From the IMG/VR virus record IMGVR_UViG_3300028805_000037, positions 128,001-192,000 of that record: 64,000 nt of DNA, one strand, 5' to 3'. The notes beneath the pieces were generated by a model that saw only the letters and a program-made list of their open reading frames with translations, was not told the origin of the DNA and made no database searches. Every line of letters begins with the position of its first letter. Position 1 is the stretch's first letter. Of this stretch, positions 57,794-64,000 are shown piece after piece. The DNA comes from a virus (Duplodnaviria > Caudoviricetes). Both the position numbers and the translations under genes were made by a program.

Positions 57794-58000
57794 TTATTTT
57801 ATATTTTCAGGTATAAACCTATCTCCATATTCCATTATAAAATTTTTATCTTTATCTTGATCCAAACCATCTCCTACACCAATCCTAAACTTTATTTCTT
57901 CTTCTTCATTTTTATACTTTACAATACCTATACATTTGCCATCACAAGTATTATACCACCAAGTATTAATTATTTTTGACATTTTATTTCTCCTATGCAT
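57794..58000 (-). CDS. hypothetical protein (start probably 57982)
   Basis: AGGAG SD before MSKI. Confidence 0.65.
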   Translation of the reverse strand: MHRRNKMSKIINTWWYNTCDGKCIGIVKYKNEEEEIKFRIGVGDGLDQDKDKNFIMEYGDRFIPENIK

Positions 58001-58484
58001 CTTTTATTATAAAATCTACATAAATAAATCCATCTGCATTTCCACTAAAATGATATTCTTCATGTAATTCTTTTAATTCATTATTATATGATTTGAATTT
58101 TAATATTAAATCCGCAAAAAATTCTATATATCCATCTATATCGAAGTATCTGCCATGAATAAGTTTTATCATATGCCAACTTATAAATTGTGCAAATTCG
58201 AGTGCAGGATGTTCTTTATTAATATCCCATCTATCTTTTATAATGTCATCATATTTATAAGAAACTTCAAAATCTAAAAATTTATAATAATAACCATCTT
58301 GATCAACTTGTTTGACTTGAAATTTTGGACTATATTTCACATTTTTATTTTGCATTTTATAACTTATACTTAAACCAGATAAATTTTCTTTTTTATTCAA
58401 ATCCAATGATTTTTGTTCAAAACCAAAATCACCATCAGTAAAGATTTTAGTACTTTTTATTTTAAAAACTATTACTTTTTTCAT
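57993..58484 (-). CDS. hypothetical protein
   Basis: 163 aa. Confidence 0.65.
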   Translation of the reverse strand: MKKVIVFKIKSTKIFTDGDFGFEQKSLDLNKKENLSGLSISYKMQNKNVKYSPKFQVKQVDQDGYYYKFLDFEVSYKYDDIIKDRWDINKEHPALEFAQFISWHMIKLIHGRYFDIDGYIEFFADLILKFKSYNNELKELHEEYHFSGNADGFIYVDFIIKDA

Positions 58485-58671
58485 CCATTTTCTCCTTAAT
58501 TAACCATGGACATTTAAAATTTTTATCTCCTGGATATTTATATTCATCATCTATTAAACAATAAAAATTTTGTCCATATTCATCTATATATTTTATACAA
58601 TTACTACAACATTTACAAATACCAATTATAATATCAGATTTATAAATTTTAGTTATTTTTATCTCCTTCAT
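58462..58671 (-). CDS. Cys-rich hypothetical protein
   Basis: CxCCxxC...C...CP. Confidence 0.6.
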   Translation of the reverse strand: MKEIKITKIYKSDIIIGICKCCSNCIKYIDEYGQNFYCLIDDEYKYPGDKNFKCPWLIKEKMDEKSNSF

Positions 58672-59039
58672 TTTATTTCATCCTCTATTATATCTTCACT
58701 AAGTGAAGGTTCAATATATATAATTATTATTTTATTTGATGCTACTTTAATATCAATAATATCTTTTTCACTTGTGAATTTATTTATTTCTTTTTCAGAA
58801 CGACCGTCATAAAACATTTTAACTTTGCAATTCTTATACCATCCTTCACCATTATTATAATTCATACCACCTAAAACTTTTTCTTGCTGTTTCTCTTTTT
58901 CTATTTTATATTCTTTTTTTACTGATTCTTTTCCCTTATTATAAAAATACTTTATACAAGCATCAAGCAATGTATTTACTATTATAAAAGTTATTAAAAA
59001 ACCAAGGCAAATAATTACTAATTTTGTTGTTTGTTTCAT
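58668..59039 (-). CDS. single-TM protein
   Basis: N-terminal TM. Confidence 0.65.
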   Translation of the reverse strand: MKQTTKLVIICLGFLITFIIVNTLLDACIKYFYNKGKESVKKEYKIEKEKQQEKVLGGMNYNNGEGWYKNCKVKMFYDGRSEKEINKFTSEKDIIDIKVASNKIIIIYIEPSLSEDIIEDEIK

Positions 59040-59129
59040 TTATTTTTCCTAATTATATTTTAATTTTGTATTATCATTTGTTGAACTATCTTGACTAATA
59101 TTATATTGTAAAATTGGTACATATGATTT

Positions 59130-59303
59130 TTATAAATCTGCAGGTGAAATCATTCCAATTTGATATATTCTTGGTCCAACATTTTGTTGCTCATAAAACT
59201 CTAAACGTTGTTTCAATATACTTAAAGTTTTTTCAAGTTCTTTTATTTGCTTTTTTAAATTTTCTAATTCTTCATCAGTTATTGGTTCAAATAAATTACC
59301 CAT
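59130..59303 (-). CDS. 57-aa coiled-coil protein
   Basis: MGNLFEPITDEELENLKKQIKELEK... Confidence 0.5.
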   Translation of the reverse strand: MGNLFEPITDEELENLKKQIKELEKTLSILKQRLEFYEQQNVGPRIYQIGMISPADL

Positions 59304-59367
59304 ATTTTAATTCTATATATTTTTATAATATATTATATAAAAATTTTTAATTTTTTGTCTTACCATA

Positions 59368-59901
59368 TCATTTCTCAACTCTAATCTCACATTTAGGACT
59401 ATTTTCTGATGTTCGTTCAGTTTCTTCTTGTTTTAATTTTTTATCAAATTTTTTCTGTAATTCTGGTAATGCTTTTTCCGCATCTTCTTTAGTTTTAAAA
59501 ATCCTAAAGAACTCACTATTATATAGTCTATCAGTAAAATAATAACCCATTTGATTTTCTTTTGGATAACTGAGGTAAATTTCAACATTGTTTTTTATAG
59601 AATCATTAATTTCGATTTTTTTAATTCTAAACTTTTGAATAGTAAGTGTTCCACGTACTTTATCGTAATCATTCTTAAAACCTCTTCCCCAACATTTTGG
59701 GCAACTAATTGTTTTACCTGTTGTAGTTGTTATCTTACCAGTTGTTTCGCATAGGTCACAAGGTATAGTATATGAATTTTTATCAACATCACATTCTCTA
59801 ACTACTACATAAACTTCTTCATTAATTTCAAATGGTATTTCTCTTACTTTCATTATTTCTTTTGCTTTCATTTTATTATCTCCTTTTATTTTTCTAAACA
59901 T
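59368..59901 (-). CDS. DnaJ-type zinc-finger-containing protein (start probably 59871)
   Basis: CDLCETTG...CPKCWGRG. Confidence 0.7.
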   Translation of the reverse strand: MFRKIKGDNKMKAKEIMKVREIPFEINEEVYVVVRECDVDKNSYTIPCDLCETTGKITTTTGKTISCPKCWGRGFKNDYDKVRGTLTIQKFRIKKIEINDSIKNNVEIYLSYPKENQMGYYFTDRLYNSEFFRIFKTKEDAEKALPELQKKFDKKLKQEETERTSENSPKCEIRVEK

Positions 59902-60086
59902 TTAATTTCTTGAGAATTTAAATATTGCCAAATAATATTATCAAAATTATGTTTTCTTTTAAATTGTATATCCCTTCTTTGTTTTCTATTTAATTTCTTA
60001 GGAACATCAGTATTAGGAACACCAAAAGTAGATGTATCATTTTCATAAGTAAAATTATCTTTAAATGTACTAGTATCTTTATCCAT
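59886..60086 (-). CDS. hypothetical protein
   Basis: GGAGG SD. Confidence 0.6.
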   Translation of the reverse strand: MDKDTSTFKDNFTYENDTSTFGVPNTDVPKKLNRKQRRDIQFKRKHNFDNIIWQYLNSQEIKCLEK

Positions 60087-60108
60087 TATCCCTCCATTTT
60101 TATATTTT

Positions 60109-60636
60109 TCAATTTTTTTCTTGTAATATTCTTTGTACTTTTATTCTATGAAATAATTCATCATTATTAACTACATAAGCAAAAATAAACTCTTCTGTTT
60201 TTTCTATTTTCTTTAAATTCTTTAAGTTCTTTAATGGCTTTATATTAATGTTATTTAATGTATGGTGAAATTTTTCATAATTTTCAGGTTTTATTTTTAT
60301 ATTCATCACTTTTTTATATTTAGTAATTTCAGCTTGATATTGTAAAATTTGTTTTGTGTTGTCATTAATTCTACTTTGGAAATAACCAATGCCATAATAA
60401 AGTTCTTTTATTTTATCTTCTAAATCTTTTTTATTATTATATATTGAATAACATTTTCTATAATTTTCTCTATTAGTAGGATTATCGTAATATTTATTTT
60501 TCTTAATCCAATCAAAATATACTCTTATATATGGCGTTAGATTTGCTGTTTCTTCTTTTTCATATTTATCAAGTTTTTGCCAATCAATATCATACTTTAT
60601 TTTTTCTTTTGTCATTTTATTCCCTCCAATCATCAT
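60109..60636 (-). CDS. hypothetical protein (start probably 60615)
   Basis: GGAGG SD. Confidence 0.65.
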   Translation of the reverse strand: MMIGGNKMTKEKIKYDIDWQKLDKYEKEETANLTPYIRVYFDWIKKNKYYDNPTNRENYRKCYSIYNNKKDLEDKIKELYYGIGYFQSRINDNTKQILQYQAEITKYKKVMNIKIKPENYEKFHHTLNNINIKPLKNLKNLKKIEKTEEFIFAYVVNNDELFHRIKVQRILQEKN

Positions 60637-60871
60637 ATATTTCTATTTCTAATTGATATGGTAATCTATTATCATACGGTAAACTTGTAATCAAATCTAT
60701 ATTTTCTAAATCTCTTTGTAATAATACTAATTCTTCTAAATTACTTAATTCTATACAATCATCTTCATCAATTTTATATTTTTTTAAAATTGGATAATGT
60801 TTTTGTACATCAGAATGCCCTGTTGATGTTATTTTTATTTTCATTTTATCCTCCTGAATATTTTTAACCAA
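60617..60871 (-). CDS. hypothetical protein (start probably 60844)
   Basis: C-terminal IEIYDDWRE typical of a small phage protein family. Confidence 0.65.
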   Translation of the reverse strand: MVKNIQEDKMKIKITSTGHSDVQKHYPILKKYKIDEDDCIELSNLEELVLLQRDLENIDLITSLPYDNRLPYQLEIEIYDDWRE

Positions 60872-61167
60872 AATCTAATTAATTTATCGTATTCACAATT
60901 TGCCCATATTATTTCACTTATATCTTCACCAAGCCATATATCAATGAAATACTTTTTAGTATGCATATTTATAATTGGACATAATTCACATTTGTTACTT
61001 ATTTTCCTTAATAATCTACAAGGTAAACAATTAATTACTTTTTTTAATTTTCTTTTTAAATTTCTAAATTGTTGTTTTCTTCGTTTTTTCTCATCTTGAT
61101 AATTCATGAATTTAATTGTTGTTAAACCTTTACTTATACCTTTTGCTTTTTGTTGTGGTGTATTCAT
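60841..61167 (-). CDS. basic Cys-containing hypothetical protein
   Basis: 108 aa. Confidence 0.6.
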   Translation of the reverse strand: MNTPQQKAKGISKGLTTIKFMNYQDEKKRRKQQFRNLKRKLKKVINCLPCRLLRKISNKCELCPIINMHTKKYFIDIWLGEDISEIIWANCEYDKLIRFWLKIFRRIK

Positions 61168-61168
61168 A

Positions 61169-61312
61169 TTATTTCCCTATATTAATTATTCCTGGTTTAT
61201 GATTTAAGTTACTTAATTCTTTATGTATATTACTTAAATTTATATTTAACACCATTAAACTTCCTATAACAAATCCAATTAAAATTATAAATATTATCTC
61301 TTTAAAATTCAT
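61169..61312 (-). CDS. 47-aa single-TM protein
   Basis: MNFKEIIFIILIGFVIGSLMVL...; GGAGG SD. Confidence 0.55.
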   Translation of the reverse strand: MNFKEIIFIILIGFVIGSLMVLNINLSNIHKELSNLNHKPGIINIGK

Positions 61313-61484
61313 TGGCTTCCTCCAACTCATTTAGTTCTTGCTCTGCTTTATGTTTGATTTCTAAACATTTATCTAAATCTATATTAACATCATCATCTCT
61401 ATAAGTTAATAAATATGCAATTCTATGTATTTGTCTATCCATAATACTTCTCAACCTTTCAATATTTTCTTGTTTTGTTCCCAT
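61302..61484 (-). CDS. hypothetical protein
   Basis: AGGAG SD. Confidence 0.6.
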   Translation of the reverse strand: MGTKQENIERLRSIMDRQIHRIAYLLTYRDDDVNIDLDKCLEIKHKAEQELNELEEANEF

Positions 61485-61494
61485 TAGATTACTC

Positions 61495-61710
61495 CTAAAA
61501 TAATAAGTGTTCGCACCATATTCTATTAAACATATTCATAGATATAGCTTTTCTACAATTACTCCAACACTTACAATCTCTACAAAAATTTCTCATTTCT
61601 AATACATCTTGTTTTCTTGCTTCATAATTTCTTTTAGTAGCTTCTTGTTGGGTAATGTATTCACTACCATACCAAACATATTTAGTTTCCATATTCCAAC
61701 TCCATTTCAC
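61495..61710 (-). CDS. Cys-rich hypothetical protein
   Basis: CRDCKCWSNC. Confidence 0.55.
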   Translation of the reverse strand: MKWSWNMETKYVWYGSEYITQQEATKRNYEARKQDVLEMRNFCRDCKCWSNCRKAISMNMFNRIWCEHLLF

Positions 61711-61879
61711 AATATTGTATGAATTCTATTTTTGCATCTAATCGAGTTAATAATGGTTTTAATCTTTTAAATCCCTTTTTATCTACATCATAATTTTTTA
61801 TTTTGTTTAAAATATCTCTAGCTGTATTCTCACTTTTAACTTTCATTTCTTTATAATCTTTCTTGCTAAATATTGCCAT
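61682..61879 (-). CDS. hypothetical protein (start re-called to MAIFSKK)
   Basis: AAGGAG SD; avoids long overlap. Confidence 0.55.
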   Translation of the reverse strand: MAIFSKKDYKEMKVKSENTARDILNKIKNYDVDKKGFKRLKPLLTRLDAKIEFIQYCEMELEYGN

Positions 61880-62195
61880 TTCTTGTATTACACTCCTTTT
61901 CTGCTTGTTCTTTGGTTGCGAAACAATTTTCTTCTGCAACACAATCAGTATCATTTGCCCATTGTAAATCATGTATACTACAATTGATTTTAATAGTATT
62001 ATTGTATTCAACATAACAAGTTATATAATAAATTTTCATCTTTTTTATAAAATATTTTTTCTCATTTGTATTATAGTAAATGACATAAACTTTATCTCCA
62101 ACATTAAACTTAGTTCTTATTTCCATTATTCCTCCTTTGACATTCATTTCTTGCTTATTTTTCTGTTCTAAATATATTATTTTCAAGTATATCAT
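61866..62195 (-). CDS. KOW/SH3-like hypothetical protein (start probably 62126)
   Basis: TKFNVGDKVY...FATKEQAE. Confidence 0.65.
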   Translation of the reverse strand: MIYLKIIYLEQKNKQEMNVKGGIMEIRTKFNVGDKVYVIYYNTNEKKYFIKKMKIYYITCYVEYNNTIKINCSIHDLQWANDTDCVAEENCFATKEQAEKECNTRNGNI

Positions 62196-62445
62196 CTAAG
62201 CAATCTAATTTATATCTTAATGTACATAAAAATTTAGTCCATACTATAACAACTGCTGTTATTTCTGCTTTGCCACTATAAATCCATTTTACACCATTTT
62301 CATCTTCAACAGATTCAATTACATGAATTATTTGACCAACCTTAAATTTAGTTCCAAGTTTTTCTTTATAATATTGTTGTAGATCTTTACCATTTATTTT
62401 AATTTTAAATTTATTTAAATCTACTTTACCTAATTGTTTATTCAT
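62155..62445 (-). CDS. KOW/SH3-like hypothetical protein
   Basis: TKFKVGQII. Confidence 0.6.
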   Translation of the reverse strand: MNKQLGKVDLNKFKIKINGKDLQQYYKEKLGTKFKVGQIIHVIESVEDENGVKWIYSGKAEITAVVIVWTKFLCTLRYKLDCLDDILENNIFRTEK

Positions 62446-62749
62446 TTTTTATCCCTAATATTTTATCTATAATTAAACATAAATCTGATATACTTTCTAT
62501 TTTTGTATCTAATGATATACATTCGACTTTATTTTCTGCGATTACAAATGATAATTTTAATTCCCCTAAATTATCTGAAATTCATATATAACATCTATCT
62601 TTTACTGATCTATCATCAATTTCAATTCTATTATTGTTTTTATATATTAAAAAACTATTAAAAATCATTAAATTTAATTTTATAATATATTATATAAAAT
62701 TTTTATCTTAATTTAAATTTAAAAATTATAAAGGAAATATTTATATATA

Positions 62750-63937
62750 ATGTATAGAGCTTATAAAATTCAAATTAAAGAAAATGATTATTTAAAACAA
62801 ATTACTATGTCATCTAATAATTTGTATAATTATGCATTATATAATGTTAGACAAAATTTCTTTAAAAATAAAACATTTTTAAATTATTTTGGTTTATATC
62901 CTATATGTAAAGAAAATGAAAATTATAAAAATTTACCTTCTCAAGCTGCTCAACAAGTATTAAAACAAGTTGATAATTCATTTAAATCATTTTTTCAGAC
63001 ATTAAAAGATTATAAAAAGAATCCTAAAAAATATAAATCTAGACCTAAGATTCCTAAATATAAAGAAAAATGTTCTAAAAATATAATAACAATACCAGGA
63101 CAAACTGCTTATAAAAAAGGTAATTATTTACAGTTTCCAAAAACAGATTTTAAAATATTTTTAGGTAAATTACAAATTAATAAAATAATAGAAGTTAAAA
63201 TAAAACCTTATAATAAATATTATGAAGTTTTTATAATATATGAAAAGGAGGATAAAAAACATGTAGAACAAAATGAAAATTATATTGGTATTGATTTAGG
63301 TATTAATAATTTTGTAACTATTACAAACAATATTGATAAGAATCCAATTATTGTTAAAGGCAAAGTAATTAAAAGTATAAATCAATATTATAATAAGAAA
63401 AAAGCAAAATTAATGTCTTATATTGGTAATAAAGGTACTTCTAATAAAATTGAAAAATTATCAAGAAAAAGAGAAAATAAAATTAATGATTATTTACATA
63501 ATGTTTCAAAAAGAATAATAAATTATTGTATTAATAATAATATTTCTAATATTGTTATTGGTTATAATAAAGGATGGAAACAAAATGTAGATATTGGTAA
63601 AGTTAATAATCAAAAATTTGTTAGTATGCCTTTTAATAGATTTATTAATCAATTACAATATAAGTCTGAAGAAGTAGGAATAAAATTAATTTTAAATAAT
63701 GAATCATATACATCAAAATGTGATGCGTTATGTTTAGAAGATTTAAAACATAAAGAAAATTATTTTGGTAAAAGAATAAAAAGAGGTTTATTTAAAACTA
63801 AAAATAATGAATTAATTAATGCTGATATTAATGGTTCATTAAATATTTTAAGAAAAGTAATTGGGAATGACTTTATAAGTTTACTCAATAGAGGGTTAGT
63901 TAAAAGCCCATTTAAAGTGAATTTTAATTCATTTTAA
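62750..63937 (+). CDS. tnpB: IS200/IS605-family TnpB (RGLF type, no TnpA)
   Basis: GIDLGINN, ESYTSK, KRGLF, INADINGS. Confidence 0.92.
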   Translation: MYRAYKIQIKENDYLKQITMSSNNLYNYALYNVRQNFFKNKTFLNYFGLYPICKENENYKNLPSQAAQQVLKQVDNSFKSFFQTLKDYKKNPKKYKSRPKIPKYKEKCSKNIITIPGQTAYKKGNYLQFPKTDFKIFLGKLQINKIIEVKIKPYNKYYEVFIIYEKEDKKHVEQNENYIGIDLGINNFVTITNNIDKNPIIVKGKVIKSINQYYNKKKAKLMSYIGNKGTSNKIEKLSRKRENKINDYLHNVSKRIINYCINNNISNIVIGYNKGWKQNVDIGKVNNQKFVSMPFNRFINQLQYKSEEVGIKLILNNESYTSKCDALCLEDLKHKENYFGKRIKRGLFKTKNNELINADINGSLNILRKVIGNDFISLLNRGLVKSPFKVNFNSF

Positions 63938-63966
63938 TAAAGTTAAATATTATTTAATATTTTTCA
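63860..63966 (+). ncRNA. omega-RNA of tnpB 62750-63937 (guide from ~63946)
   Basis: GGGTT/AGCCC and AAAGTGAATT/AATTCATTTT stems; GACTTTAT(63869):ATAAAGTT(63937) pseudoknot. Confidence 0.6.
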
Positions 63967-64000
63967 TTTAATATTCTTTTTCTTTTTCATTAATTAAAAA

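Noticed and set aside
3221-62171. Antisense/shadow ORFs in the track (e.g. 3221, 4935, 7805, 9733, 18528, 19325, 19458, 19973, 19986, 22628, 25165, 26729, 30212, 30279, 32710, 35734, 42137, 43655, 55963, 56993, 57710, 58570, 59114, 59551, 61971)
   Set aside because: They lie opposite well-supported genes, lack SDs and have the F/L/I-rich composition expected of AT-rich antisense frames.

Overview
Part of a large, very AT-rich lytic myovirus genome, read in the standard genetic code. No portal, terminase or major capsid gene is recognisable in this window. Layout: (1) 1-17.4 kb, minus strand, chaperone/replication/recombination module: groEL (partial), groES, UDG-like-domain/PolA fusion, Rad50/SbcC split into two genes around Mre11/SbcD, RecA, SSB-like, primase Zn-finger, DnaB, DnaC-like, RuvC-like, driven by consensus sigma70 promoters. 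(2) 17.4-17.8 kb, a structured non-coding strand-switch region. (3) 17.9-54.4 kb, mostly plus strand, virion/lysis module: modular tail fibres, tRNA-Met, holin, M15 endolysin, overlapping spanin-like pair, small proteins sharing an N-terminal leader, neck, sheath, tube, frameshifting chaperone, tape measure and baseplate, marked by a recurrent ATTTAAATTTAAAA putative late promoter. (4) 54.5-62.7 kb, minus strand, small early genes. Four TnpB genes are present, one inside an IS607 element. The strongest finding is the tnpB element at 36263-37625. It has no transposase and two outward-facing omega-RNA scaffolds with compensatory base changes. It sits at the exact dyad centre of the tail-sheath late promoter, so both predicted guides would target the reconstructed empty site from opposite strands.
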